DNA of 62,783 nt, filler included, from Globobulimina sp. (taxonomy: Eukaryota), in the NCBI GenBank assembly GCA_003354225.1. It is 8 parts of 8 records of this genome, joined end to end, with 100 filler letters (N's around TTAATTAATTAA, not from the genome) between each part and the next. Parts side by side here need not be neighbours in the genome. Positions count along the whole stretch, not along the records: positions 23,621 to 31,382 come from PIVH01000122.1; positions 31,483 to 39,243 come from PIVH01000123.1; 6 more parts are not named here. The stretch is one strand, 5' to 3'. Within the stretch, counting starts at the first letter, position 1, and each line of letters starts with the position of its first letter. Both the position numbers and the translations under genes were made by a program. Under the pieces are notes generated by a model. The model was not told where the DNA came from. It saw only the letters and a program-made list of their open reading frames with translations, and searched no databases. This document shows, piece by piece, positions 23,621-35,301 of this stretch.

Positions 23621-26600
23621 GTGAATAAGATAAATAAAATACACTTAGTCAACCATAACTTTAAAAATTGGAAGCTCCCCTTCATATATAAAACCAATAA
23701 TAATATATTCAATAATGATAAATTGTATACTGTTTATACAGAATTCGCGCAAACCCGCATTACTATGTTGCCGAATGACTATGACAATAAAGCCAAAGTA
23801 AATCACATCAAGAACAATACCAACAACAGACCACAGCCAAATAAAATGAGAAATAAAGAGATTATTACGGTGAAAATCCAGTTGCAGCAATCCAAATTTC
23901 AGCGCGACACAATACCAATAAATAAACAGAAAGTCTTTCATATTAAAGACACTTTCAATGCAGCCAACGAGGGAAGTATTACAGTGTCATTTGCAGACGT
24001 TGTTACTGTCCCAAATGTACCGCCGGTTTGGCAGAATATTGATGCGGTTTACAATATTAACACCATTAAACAAAATGGAGTGTTATATTTCAAACAAGAT
24101 TGGGAACCGTATTATGATGAAAAAGAGAATAAAAACGTTGCTGGACATATTGAGCCCGCGATGCCTCCATCGACAGCAAATACGTATACCAGAGGCGATA
24201 CGTCCTTCCCTGCGATGCTTGTTCGACACCCAAATTCATTAAAAAATACACAATATCCATCCCCGCAAAGATCCCGATATAATCAGCGAAGAAATAATAA
24301 AAAGACTCAGAAATTGCCAGAAAAAAGACAACCAGACAGAAAAGCAGAAATTATTGCGGACCAATTAAAAAATATTAAAAAGACTGGAGCCTGTATTGAC
24401 TATGAAATTAAAAATGAAGAAATTTGGGATAAACGTTTTGAAAAAATCGATTTGAAGAAACAAGCGGCGAATTTAGAGGATTTTAGAGAAGTATGGAAAT
24501 TAGAAAATGAATGCAATATCAGCAATATGCGAATCTCGTCGAATTCGCTAAATATCTACTCCCCGACGTACAAATTCCAGAATCTAATAAGTGGACAGAA
24601 TCCCGATTATCAGAAAGCGATCCAAATTATTTATCAAAATGCAAGCACAGAACACCCGATTCACCGATTAGTTATACGCCATTTAATCCCATCAACGATA
24701 GTATTAAATGACAAAAGAATGCTACATTTAGACCCGATCATTGGTTCTAGCACAGAATCAATGCTAATGGACCTTGATTGGGATGTCCCTTTCCCGAGAT
24801 TTGAATATAATGAAATCGAAATTAAATATATCAAAAAAAGTATCATATGGCGACCAGTCAATATGTGTTTATTTAATGTACCAATAACTATCTTAAATAA
24901 TAATTCATTGAATCGCATCATTACCAATACCATTAAAGACAATATCCATTCAACTTTTATTTTGTATACAATCCAAAGTGCGATGCGCAACGATTATGAT
25001 ATGATGAAAATTGATTACGTCCCGCTATTAACCGAATTAATTAAACCATATGAAATTAAAATGGAACGTCTCAAATTGGCGCAAATCGAGTTAGAAAAAG
25101 AGCGTTCTCGTCCAAGTCCGATGAAAGAAGATACAAATAATAAACCAGAAACATTAAGTGATGACTCAGCAAACTCTGAATTATGGTTTGACGAATTAAT
25201 AAATGATATTGATGGGCAATTTGATAACATTAAGAAATTGATTAAAAAGTATGCGGTCAAAGCCGAAGATGTAAAATATACGAATATAATTAAAAACAGA
25301 CAATGGTGCAAAAAAATGTTATTCCAAATGAGTAATGAGACCGGATGTGAATTAGAAATGCCTCGATGGATAAAAGCGAGCAGTTGGAAGAGAATGATTG
25401 ATTTTGTTGCAGCCGATGAATGTATCCAAAGTATTGATAAACCATTTAAATCGGACTTATTATATGATGATCGAAACGTATTTATAACACCGATAACGAT
25501 GAAAGGAATAAATCCGAAATTAATTATTGGTGACGAAAAATTGAATTGTCCGGCGATGAAATTCCGATTTGGCGCAATTGATAAATATATGTTATTATTA
25601 AGAAGCAATTTATATTCTGAATTTGTCGCAACAGCCCCAACGTGTGTATGCGGAAAGAAATTTACGACGCATTCTAAATGCCCGGAACTCACCAATTACA
25701 TCAAAAAAAGAATAAATGCCATCAAACAAAGATGCAAAAAAGGCAAAATCACTCAGAAACAGGCGGAGATTGAAATAAATAGAATTGTATCTGTCAAATG
25801 TATCAAATGCGGATTTTTTGGCCATTTTATAAACCAATGCAAATGTGACGAACCATCATGTTTATGCTGCTATAAATCGCGCCATATTCGGACTTTAAAT
25901 ATCTTGATTTGCTCCGATTCGTATAATTTAATAACTTTATTTGAGAAATTGGATATAATTATTATGCATTGGAAAGAGATTAATTTAGGAAAAATTGATC
26001 ATTATAAATTAATTCATCATACATTGACAAATGATTTAGTGATATCGGAGTTATATAAAAGTGTGCAATTACCGGCGGCCAATCAAATTAATTTAAATTC
26101 AAACAATCAAATTAAAGGAGGAAACAAAAATAAATATAGTGATGCAGCCAAAGGCAATAATAATAATCGAAATAATCGTGAACAGAAAATGAAGCCAAAA
26201 TCGACAAATAACAATAATAACAATTCTGCGCCATCGAGATCGGATATATTGATTCCACCAGAGATCCTATCTTCGGCTGACGAACTCCTATTAAATCATG
26301 GTTTGATGGCGGAAGATTTTGACGATTCTCCAACGCAATTTATTGAATTTGATGAGACAAAGCAAATTGAATTAGTTCCAGAGACCAAAGCAGCCCATAA
26401 ACAGAATAAAAACACCAATCAAAATACACCAACAACGCCAAATCCATACATTGATGATGGATTAATTGCAGCCATCAATAATGAAATATTTATAAGTGCA
26501 CAGAATCAAGATTTTGCCAATAACTTTGCACATTTAACCACAAAGAATCAACCAATCAATGCGAGCAATGTCCCCCTATCGGATGCTGAGATGTATTCTT

Positions 26601-26899
26601 TTAATGATCCGCCACAAATTGACGCCAATAACAATGTCCAGAAACCCCGTAAACCTCAACCATCCCAAACGTTACATACTGTCCAGATCTCCCCGAAAAT
26701 GCCGAAATATGTCAAGCAAAGAAGCAAAGCCGCGGAGTCGTTCCGAGTCAATATACAAAATGATAAAATCCAGAAAGCCGCGACGCAAAATGTGACAAAG
26801 CATATATTGCCATTCAAAAACAGACGACCAAAGAGAAAAGATAAAATCCAGAAAAAAAGAGCCTCCAAACTACCAACTAAACGCCAACAAACCAAATGA
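23621..26899 (+). CDS. LINE ORF1 (gag-like) protein; 5' end possibly partial
   Basis: CIKCGFFGHFINQC is a C-x2-C-x4-H-x4-C knuckle with adjacent Cys/His clusters. Basic C-terminus. Lies upstream of ORF2. Confidence 0.78.
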   Translation: MNKINKIHLVNHNFKNWKLPFIYKTNNNIFNNDKLYTVYTEFAQTRITMLPNDYDNKAKVNHIKNNTNNRPQPNKMRNKEIITVKIQLQQSKFQRDTIPINKQKVFHIKDTFNAANEGSITVSFADVVTVPNVPPVWQNIDAVYNINTIKQNGVLYFKQDWEPYYDEKENKNVAGHIEPAMPPSTANTYTRGDTSFPAMLVRHPNSLKNTQYPSPQRSRYNQRRNNKKTQKLPEKRQPDRKAEIIADQLKNIKKTGACIDYEIKNEEIWDKRFEKIDLKKQAANLEDFREVWKLENECNISNMRISSNSLNIYSPTYKFQNLISGQNPDYQKAIQIIYQNASTEHPIHRLVIRHLIPSTIVLNDKRMLHLDPIIGSSTESMLMDLDWDVPFPRFEYNEIEIKYIKKSIIWRPVNMCLFNVPITILNNNSLNRIITNTIKDNIHSTFILYTIQSAMRNDYDMMKIDYVPLLTELIKPYEIKMERLKLAQIELEKERSRPSPMKEDTNNKPETLSDDSANSELWFDELINDIDGQFDNIKKLIKKYAVKAEDVKYTNIIKNRQWCKKMLFQMSNETGCELEMPRWIKASSWKRMIDFVAADECIQSIDKPFKSDLLYDDRNVFITPITMKGINPKLIIGDEKLNCPAMKFRFGAIDKYMLLLRSNLYSEFVATAPTCVCGKKFTTHSKCPELTNYIKKRINAIKQRCKKGKITQKQAEIEINRIVSVKCIKCGFFGHFINQCKCDEPSCLCCYKSRHIRTLNILICSDSYNLITLFEKLDIIIMHWKEINLGKIDHYKLIHHTLTNDLVISELYKSVQLPAANQINLNSNNQIKGGNKNKYSDAAKGNNNNRNNREQKMKPKSTNNNNNNSAPSRSDILIPPEILSSADELLLNHGLMAEDFDDSPTQFIEFDETKQIELVPETKAAHKQNKNTNQNTPTTPNPYIDDGLIAAINNEIFISAQNQDFANNFAHLTTKNQPINASNVPLSDAEMYSFNDPPQIDANNNVQKPRKPQPSQTLHTVQISPKMPKYVKQRSKAAESFRVNIQNDKIQKAATQNVTKHILPFKNRRPKRKDKIQKKRASKLPTKRQQTK

Positions 26900-27316
26900 T
26901 TAGAAAGTCAGTTATTTTTATCAGGAAATTAGCAACCAACCAAGTCCCGATTTGTAATATATATATTAATTTATTTTATTTCTCTTTAATTATCTACTTA
27001 AGTTTCTTAGTTTTCTTATTAGTTTCATATAGTTTGTGCCCCTCTGTTAATAATGTGATTGATAATAATAAAGCCGGAGACCATTTTATTTTTACGGATT
27101 TACAATTTGAAATTTTATTTCATTGTAATCCGATAACAATAATAAAATACTCTACTTTCCCTTTTGTTTTTCTTTTTAAGCCCCCTAAAATTCTGCATTA
27201 TCAAATAATAATTCAATTACAATCCTGTACTTATTGTGGCACTAATTCTAACAACAAAAGTCTCTTCCAAAATAAAATAAAATACCCCTACAAAAGTCAC
27301 AAAACAAAAAACGAAA

Positions 27317-30300
27317 ATGGTTAAATATAATATTTTACAATATAATGTAAATGGAATGATCAGCCCTACAAATCTATCACAAGAGAATAAATGTCGCAAA
27401 ATTAACCAAATTCTTACGTCCAGACAAGTCGATTTCTTCCTAGTCCAAGAATGGAGTGCGACGCTGCGATATGCACTAACTCCGAATGACTCCAAATACA
27501 TTGATAAAAACGACAAATCCCATCCACTTAAATTCCCTATCCAATTTTTCCCCAATTATAACGTCCATTATACGGGCACAGAAACTGCGATTCTGTATAG
27601 AAACACATTGACAGTGACCCCATTAAACTCCCCTTTAAATTATAACCGTAATAATAGAACGAAAAACTGCCATATATCTAGTGTAATATTACACAGTGGG
27701 GACCAAGATATAGGAATACATTCTTTATATAACTGCCCCAGAAATCCGAACATTGATCAAATGTTTGACTATCCCCTGAATGTGGATAGAAATATAATTG
27801 CAGGAGATTTCAATATCCATAATGTAATTTGGGGCAGTCACAAATCCACAAATGAGTCAAATAACTTTGTTGATGGTTTGAATCATATTGATTTACAAAT
27901 TCTAAACATAACAAATCCATCATACACACATATCCATAAATCCTACCAAACAAAATCATCCATTGATCTAACACTAATTTCCAATAAACTAAAGCATACA
28001 AATTGGACCATTCTCCATTCCCTATATGACCAAAATTGTTCCGACCACGTTCCCATTGCGACCTCCTTTGAAGTAGATAATGTTTTTGGTTTTAGTGAGA
28101 CAAAAAAAACGTGGAACCTATCAAATAACAAAAAATGGGAAAAATATACGGAAACTCTTGATAATAATATAAAAGATACTGTGTTTGATCAAAATCCAAA
28201 CGCATACGCTGAACAACTAACTTATCTCATCCTATACACTGCAGAACAGTCCATAGGATATAAATATTATTACCGTGGCCATAAACCATGGTGGAATAAC
28301 AAGATAAAAAAACTAAAGAAAAAATGCAAACGTATCCGCCGCCGAATACAGAGAATGAAACGGAAAGCTAAACGGTATTCTACGGACTTTCATCTATATC
28401 CTAAATATAAGCGACTAAAATTAGTATTGAATGTGCTACAATCTGCTAAATTGAAAGCGATACGAACAGCCAAATCCAAATATAACTCCCGAATAAATAA
28501 ATATATACAAACTTGCAAAGATTATGGCCGCCGTTTTTGGCGCACCATATCAAGCAATAAAACAAATGATACCAATACGAATAACATTCCTCCATTGAAT
28601 TTTAAAAATAAAACTAATATAATTGACCCCCATAAACAAGCCAAAGCATTACAAGAGGCAATGACTAGACCTCCAAAACCATTAACAAGTCCTATACATA
28701 ATAAATGGCATAAATATGTGAATAAATTTGTCCCAAAATACCTAAAAAAACATAGAGAGTCTCCAACAAATAACCAGATGAAAATGCATAGCATTAAAAA
28801 TGACAAAATAAAACAAAATAATAACTCTGAAATCCAAGACCCTTCGCAAATTAATGTCAATATACCAATACAGAATAATGAATATAAAATACTTAATGAC
28901 CCAATACTTAAATATGAGATTCGATCAGTGATAAAAAATCTGGATACACATAAAGCGTATGGACCAGATAGAATCCATAACCAAATGATAAAACATGGAG
29001 GAGAGTCACTCATTGATTGCCTCATTCCCTTATTTAATAAATGTATGATCAAAGGAGTATTCCCAAGCTATTGGAATTTCTCCCACTTATTACCAATTCC
29101 AAAGCCCCACAAAGACCACAGCAACCCAAAAAACTACCGACCCATTGCGGTCTCTTCGTGTCTTGGGAGAGTTTTTGAGAAAATCTTAGCAAATAGACTC
29201 CAACATTTTTGTGTTACAAACAAGATATTTGATAACTACCAGTGTGGTTTTCAAATAAATCGTTGCTGTGATGACGTGCTAACAACATTTATAACTGACA
29301 TACAAACTTCATTCGATATGGTCAGCGATACTGACGTTGTTTTCACAGACTTTGCAAAAGCTTATGACAGTGTATGGCATAATGGATTGTTATACAAATT
29401 AATTAAAAATAACATAAAAGGAAATATATTAAATGTTCTTGCTTCCTTCATACAAACAAGGTATACAAAAGTCATTGCGAAAAAAGCTGAGTCTAATTGG
29501 GTGGCTCAACCAATTGGTGTCCCACAAGGCTCTGCTCTATCCCCTATCCTATACATCCTATTTACAAATGATTTCCAAATAAAGTATCCAAACTATGTCC
29601 ATTTTGCGTGTTTTGCGGACGACACTGCTTTCTGGACAAGCCCTGGTTCAAAGGACCCACTCCGATACAAATTCCTTCAGTCTGAATTGAACAATTTTGG
29701 TAATTGGTGTGAAAAATGGCAATTAATGATTAATCCGTCCAAATGCCTCTCCATGAACTTCTCACATAGTAATCCTATCAAATACTATCCTAATTTTAAA
29801 GATAAACTTGATCCAAATACAAATAAAAAAACCCGTATCAGTAAATATGTAATAAACTCCATTCCAATAAAATATGAAAAATCAGCCAGATATCTGGGCC
29901 TTTGGTTTGATGAACGACTTAATTTTCATGCCCATTTCGCCAAAATAAGAGCAAAATCCATGCGAAGTTATTGGAGATTATATTTTACCATGAAATCTGG
30001 TGTCAAATTATCCCCTTTATCCATTGCAATATTATATAAATCTTTAGCTCGATCCAGAATTGAATACGGTTTATCCCATTATTTCCCATACGATTCCAAT
30101 AACTTATTAACAATCCTCCAAAATAAATTCCTCCGACTAGCAATTCCATGCAGATTAGACTCACCAATGGATATTAGCCAATTCCTCCTAAAAATAGAAC
30201 CAATACAACATAGAGCCCATTATTTAACAATGCGACAATTGGCTCGAGCATACTATAATAATTCGTACCATCCATTAAATAAAACGTATAAATCCCTGAA

Positions 30301-31382
30301 TAAGTATATGCAAACAATAAATTCCCACAAATATAGAAAAGCAAATAAACAAAATCCAAACAAATTCATAAATCTAAATAAAAACCCTCTAATAATTGCG
30401 TCAAATTACTGTAAAAATAACAATGAAATCAAAGCTCTTTCACAAGATTTTAATAAAATGAATAAAATACAAGTCACAGCGTCCCCGGCATATAATTTAA
30501 AAACATTACCAACGAACTTTGATGTAAATCTCTCGCCGGCAAACCCAGAAATACCTAATGATAATAAAACTACCATTGGCTTTACAGATGGATCATGTGA
30601 CCCAAATCCTGGCAAAGGAGGAGCTGCAGCATATATACCATCCCAACCATCACATAGATCTCCATTTAAACAAATCCATTATTTTAAAATCCCAGTGACA
30701 ATAACAACTGCGGAGACAGAGGCGGTACATATAATAATAAATCACATCTTAAATAGCCCAATTAAACAGTCCATACACTATAAAATCTACATCGACAATC
30801 TACCACTCCTTCAATTTATAAATGGCCAAAATTTCCCGAAATATAATGATACTAAAATATTAATTGAAAATATATTCGTAAAATTGCTGCAAATAATGCA
30901 AAAATCTCCAGATACTTTCATCTCTTTCATAAAAATTAAATCACATAATAATAATAAATATAATGACGAAGCTGATCGAATGGCCAATTTTGCAGCTAAA
31001 CATGCGAAATATGACCAATCATTATTCAGCCAAATATCTTACAATACAACAATGACACAGCTACACAAACAAATATATTTTCATTGGAGCAGATCATGGA
31101 AAAATAGAAACACGAAACCTACTCAAGATAGTTACAGAATGTTCCAACATAATCCCACTCTCCACAATAAGTTAAATAAAATAATTAAATATGTAAACAA
31201 AGACGAAGCTGCATTAATGATAAGAATAATAACTGGACATATTGAATTAAACGATTTCCTGTTCAAACATAAATATAAAGATACTGACAAGAATGATGTA
31301 AAATCTCCAAACTGCGACCAATGCAATACTAATAAATCAGAAACAATCAACCATTATTTTATTAAATGCCCAAAATATAATA
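27317..31382 (+). CDS. LINE ORF2: AP endonuclease, reverse transcriptase, RNase H and C-terminal zinc finger; 3' partial
   Basis: APE: YNVNG, VQE, GDFNIH, IDL, SDHVPI. RT: KAYGPD, NYRPIA, DFAKAYDSV, GVPQGSALSP, FADD, YLG. RNase H: FTDGS, AE, IDN, KSH..NDEADRMA. Zinc finger: CDQC..ETINHYFIKCP. Confidence 0.95.
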
Positions 31383-31483
31383 NNNNNNNNNNNNNNNNNN
31401 NNNNNNNNNNNNNNNNNNNNNNNNNNTTAATTAATTAANNNNNNNNNNNNNNNNNNNNNNNNNNNNNNNNNNNNNNNNNNNNG

Positions 31484-31567
31484 GTTTTTAAGCCATTACC
31501 TAACGGTTCAGGAGCTTCGGCGAATGAGGATTTAGTTTGGGAATGGGAACAAGAAGACGGCTTTTAA
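31484..31567 (+). CDS. 3' end of the upstream phage gene, by position probably the major tail protein
   Basis: Open frame VFKPLPNGSGASANEDLVWEWEQEDGF* directly before the tail chaperone. The product is assigned from synteny only. Confidence 0.45.
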   Translation, partial: VFKPLPNGSGASANEDLVWEWEQEDGF

Positions 31568-31569
31568 AT

Positions 31570-31608
31570 AAAAGGGGGCGTAAACTCGTCCCCTTTATAT
31601 TTTTTTTC
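31570..31608 (+). terminator. Rho-independent terminator
   Basis: AAAGGGGGCG-TAAACT-CGTCCCCTTT hairpin followed by a T-run. Confidence 0.7.
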
Positions 31609-31620
31609 ATGAGGTGAGAC

Positions 31621-31992
31621 ATGGCGCTTGAATTTAAAGATTTAGATATGATCGTTCCAGACAATGAGGTATTGATTCGATTTTCAACACGTAACGGGAA
31701 AACATATGAACTAACCGGGTTTCTCTGTCTTGATATTACTTTGACGATGCAAGATCCGGCATACAAGAAAAAGACTGACGCTGAACAAATGGAGATTATG
31801 GTCCAATTGTATTTACAATCACATTCAGACGATTTTAAAGATAAAAACTATATAAAGAAACAGGTATCATCCACGAAATATAATGAAATAGCAGATACTC
31901 TACTGGCGATACTTTTCGCAGGAAAGGAAGACGAGCTTGACGATATAAAAAAAAAGGCAGTCGAGACAGTGACAGCACAACGGACGATATAG
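31621..31992 (+). CDS. Phage tail assembly chaperone (gpG-like)
   Basis: GAGGT Shine-Dalgarno. Sits upstream of the tape measure gene and ends in a KKK slippery site. Confidence 0.75.
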   Translation: MALEFKDLDMIVPDNEVLIRFSTRNGKTYELTGFLCLDITLTMQDPAYKKKTDAEQMEIMVQLYLQSHSDDFKDKNYIKKQVSSTKYNEIADTLLAILFAGKEDELDDIKKKAVETVTAQRTI

Positions 31993-32234
31993 ATTTATAT
32001 CTTGCTCCATATTTTGGAAACCTTATGAGTACATACAATTGGTCGAGGGAATATATAGGATTAAAATTAAACTGGGATGGCTTAATGTACTGGAACGACG
32101 TTATTAGATCTAGCAACGACCCGGATTTTCATTTGACCAGACAAGGGAAGAAAAGCACGGTTGATAGAGCGAACGAGATAAACGCGAAATTTGAAAGGCG
32201 TGGCGGCAAATGGGTAGCCGCTAAAAAAACATAA
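31947..32234 (+). CDS. -1 frameshift extension of the tail chaperone (gpGT-like)
   Basis: A-AAA-AAG at 31950-31956. The -1 frame is open from 31947 through ORF 32025..32234. Confidence 0.75.
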   Translation, partial: KKKGSRDSDSTTDDIDLYLAPYFGNLMSTYNWSREYIGLKLNWDGLMYWNDVIRSSNDPDFHLTRQGKKSTVDRANEINAKFERRGGKWVAAKKT

Positions 32235-32244
32235 GGAAAAGCGA

Positions 32245-34557
32245 ATGGCAGAAGAAGGCAAACTCGGCGCTCTATATTACGACGTCGACGCCAGAACAGA
32301 CAAACTTAACAGTGAAATAAAAAACACTGAGAAGAGAATGCAAAAACTCGACAAGAACGTGTCGAAAGATTTTTCTAACATGGGCACCGCCGCCCGTGGC
32401 TTTGGCCTTGCGTTAAAAGCGTTGCCGGTAATTGCTCTTGTAGTAGGCTTTTCAAAAGTTGTCAGAGCCGGTGTCAAGATGTCTGCTCAGATGGAGCAAA
32501 ATCAAATTGCTTTTAAATCGATGTTGGGAAGTGGAAAAGAAGCGAAAGAACTGGTCGAAGACCTCGTCAGATTTAGCGCTGAGACCCCTTTCGAATTAGA
32601 GCCAATTGTTGACGGTGGTAAAAAGCTACTTGCCTTCGGAGTTACCGCTGAAGAAATAATTCCCACACTCACAAAAATTGGAGATGTTGCGTCAGGTCTG
32701 TCTGTCCCTCTTGGAGACCTGACCGAGATATACGGAAAGGCAAAAGTACAACAAACATTATTCTCAGAAGATTTAAATCAATTGGCTGGCCGTGGTGTAC
32801 CCATCTTTACCGAGCTTTCGAAAATCATGGGCGTCGGAGCCGGTGAAATTAAAAAAATGGCCTCTGAGGGCAAAATAGGATTTGGCCAATTAGAAAAAGT
32901 TTTTGATAACATGACAAAACAAGGCGGTCAATTTTTTAATCTTATGGCAGCCCAGAGCCAATCCCTTTCCGGTTTATTTTCTACATTAAAAGTTAACTTA
33001 GCACTTGCGTTTAAGGGTATAGGCGACGATCTATCACCCGCCTTGAAAGAATTGATTATTGCATTTAGCGGGTCAACCGGTGCCGGGTCTTTTTTCGCCG
33101 ATGCACTCGCAATAATCGGGAAAGTACTTCAGAAAATTGTGTTGGGTCTTGCTCTATTTATTACCGATTTAGGTCGCATGGTTACTAATACAAAACTTGC
33201 AGCGAAGCAAATGAAATTATTCTGGGCCGAGATGGATTCAAATAAAAGCTCAGATGCTCAAATGAAATTACATAACTTACGTGTCGAGGTTGCAAATCTT
33301 GAGGGCGCTTCAAAGAGTGCTGCAAATAAAGTTAAGGACTTAACCGATAAATTATTTTTTGGATTTCAGGATACAAAAGACGAGGCCGAAAACCTAAGAA
33401 AGAAAATTGACGAAGTAGCAAAAGAGGGTGACAAGTCAGGCGGTAAGATCGGGCCACCTAAAAAGACCGCCGACGGATGGAAAGAAGCTGCTAATCAAGT
33501 AAACCTTTATGCCAATGCGTTAAAGTCTCTTACGAGTGGCGATATAGCAAGCAAACTTACATCGTTTTCGAAGGCGTTCACCGCTGATTTTGTCAAGGCG
33601 AATGAACTTGAAAAGGCGGGCGATATGCAAGCCGCCGCCGGTGCTCGCCGTGTAGGGATCGCTAAGAACATAGGCGGTCAATTGGTAGCAGTCGCCGCAC
33701 AGACCGCACAGATGATAAATGAAGTACAGGCGCGACAGGCACAAGAAGAGTTAGAAAGGTTAAATGAAAGGTCTGAATTATTGGGCCAGTTCAGTGAGCA
33801 TATAAGAAATCAACAGATGATTGCACTCGGCACCGCCGAAGAGACAGAGAGCGACAAAAACAAAAGAGAATTAAAAGAATTAAAAGATCAGTTCAAAGTT
33901 GTTACAAATGTAAAGAAAAAGCAAGCGATCGGCGAACAGATAAAAGAAAAGGAAACACGTAAAAAAGAATTACAAGTTGAAGAGGATTTCAACACAAGGC
34001 AAATAATACTTAAACAATTTATGCAATTTCAATCCGAAAAGATTAGAAGTCAAGAAGCAGCGCGAGCCAAAAAGTTTGCGATGTTTTCAACCGCTATAAA
34101 TACCGCCTCTGCTTCAATGGCCGCCTTCGGATCGGTTATGAACTCTATCCCCGCGTACCCTGCCAACTTGATTATTGCGGGTATTACCGCTGGTATCGTA
34201 ACCGCTTTCGGCGGAATTTCTATGGGGATGATCGGCGCGGCGAATTATGCAGAGGGCGGCGTCGCCGACACTCCGTCTATATTTGGTGAGGCAGGCCGTG
34301 AACTTGCGGTTCCTCTTACAGGTGCGCGTGGACAGGCTGCAATATCAGAACTTTCACAAGGCATGTTAAATGAAATGGAGTCCAGAGAGCGTGAAAGTTT
34401 AGAGGCTCAGATTATAGATGATAACGCCGTTGAAGGTGGTTCAGGTGACGGCGTTGGTGATGTATATCTTGATGGTTCTAAGGTCGGGAAGTGGATATTT
34501 AACGGCACAAAAAACGCTACAATTAGAATCGACCAGAGAGGCATAGTAAGTAAATGA
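32245..34557 (+). CDS. Phage tape measure protein
   Basis: Tape-measure domain (FSAETPFEL...KLLAFG...IGDVASG...EDLNQLAGRGVPIF), Ala/Gly-rich helices, YAEGG...GEAGRE near the C-terminus, and an AAGGA Shine-Dalgarno. Confidence 0.92.
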   Translation: MAEEGKLGALYYDVDARTDKLNSEIKNTEKRMQKLDKNVSKDFSNMGTAARGFGLALKALPVIALVVGFSKVVRAGVKMSAQMEQNQIAFKSMLGSGKEAKELVEDLVRFSAETPFELEPIVDGGKKLLAFGVTAEEIIPTLTKIGDVASGLSVPLGDLTEIYGKAKVQQTLFSEDLNQLAGRGVPIFTELSKIMGVGAGEIKKMASEGKIGFGQLEKVFDNMTKQGGQFFNLMAAQSQSLSGLFSTLKVNLALAFKGIGDDLSPALKELIIAFSGSTGAGSFFADALAIIGKVLQKIVLGLALFITDLGRMVTNTKLAAKQMKLFWAEMDSNKSSDAQMKLHNLRVEVANLEGASKSAANKVKDLTDKLFFGFQDTKDEAENLRKKIDEVAKEGDKSGGKIGPPKKTADGWKEAANQVNLYANALKSLTSGDIASKLTSFSKAFTADFVKANELEKAGDMQAAAGARRVGIAKNIGGQLVAVAAQTAQMINEVQARQAQEELERLNERSELLGQFSEHIRNQQMIALGTAEETESDKNKRELKELKDQFKVVTNVKKKQAIGEQIKEKETRKKELQVEEDFNTRQIILKQFMQFQSEKIRSQEAARAKKFAMFSTAINTASASMAAFGSVMNSIPAYPANLIIAGITAGIVTAFGGISMGMIGAANYAEGGVADTPSIFGEAGRELAVPLTGARGQAAISELSQGMLNEMESRERESLEAQIIDDNAVEGGSGDGVGDVYLDGSKVGKWIFNGTKNATIRIDQRGIVSK

Positions 34558-35300
34558 GAATATGTTATAATAGTATAATAGATTCAGCAACGTCATTGAC
34601 GCCACTTTCGGCCGATCCTAATTACCCGGTTGCGAATATTCAAGACCCCCGCACGAGTCGAGTATATAGAACTCTGTCAGATTCTGCACAGACGGTTGTA
34701 ATCAATAACGCAAATTCAACCGCGTCATATTTCTTTATAATGAACCACAACTTGACTAATGCGGCAACCATTAAAATACAGGGAAACGATACTGACGTGT
34801 GGACCTCGCCCACGGTTGACGAGACAGTGACATGGAGAGCAGGTACTATATACCATAATTTTACTGTAGACACGCTTAATTACTGGCGTATCTATATTGA
34901 TGACGCGGCAAATCCTGACGGATACATTCAAATAGGCCGTGCTTTTTTATCGAATTACGTACAGATGCCGACTATGAAAAGAAATCAAACTATTCCTAAA
35001 ATGACAGATAGTAAGCCGATGTTTTCAGGTTCTAATCAGGCATATGGAGACAAGCGGGTAGTATACAGAACCCCAAAAATACAGATGCCACATGTAGCGC
35101 AAGCGGTTAAAGACAATATCGATACTATGTACGCGGTGGCCACAAACGTGACAGAAATTGTTTTGTTAATATGGGCAAACGAATTGAATATTGAACCGCC
35201 TATATACTGCTTGATAACTGGTAAGGGGCTAATGTGGAAAAGGACAGGAAAAGAAAATTTTCCGTGGTCTTTAATAATGCAATTTAAAGAGGTATTTTAA
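34554..35300 (+). CDS. Phage minor tail protein (distal-tail position)
   Basis: Overlaps the TMP stop. Beta-rich with a YWRIYIDD.ANPDGYIQIGR motif typical of post-TMP genes. Product mainly from synteny. Confidence 0.65.
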   Translation: MRICYNSIIDSATSLTPLSADPNYPVANIQDPRTSRVYRTLSDSAQTVVINNANSTASYFFIMNHNLTNAATIKIQGNDTDVWTSPTVDETVTWRAGTIYHNFTVDTLNYWRIYIDDAANPDGYIQIGRAFLSNYVQMPTMKRNQTIPKMTDSKPMFSGSNQAYGDKRVVYRTPKIQMPHVAQAVKDNIDTMYAVATNVTEIVLLIWANELNIEPPIYCLITGKGLMWKRTGKENFPWSLIMQFKEVF

Positions 35301-35301
35301 T

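Larger units (their letters stand above)
23621..31382 (+). mobile_element. Non-LTR retrotransposon (LINE) with RNase H, I/Tad1-like architecture; both ends truncated by the contig
   Basis: ORF1 with a zinc knuckle, a spacer of about 420 bp, then an intact ORF2 APE-RT-RNH-CCHC. Confidence 0.93.

Noticed and set aside
26896-27324. ORF between LINE ORF1 and ORF2 as a third gene
   Set aside because: Its composition is that of AT-rich spacer DNA with no motif. It overlaps both neighbours, so a role in translational coupling cannot be fully excluded.
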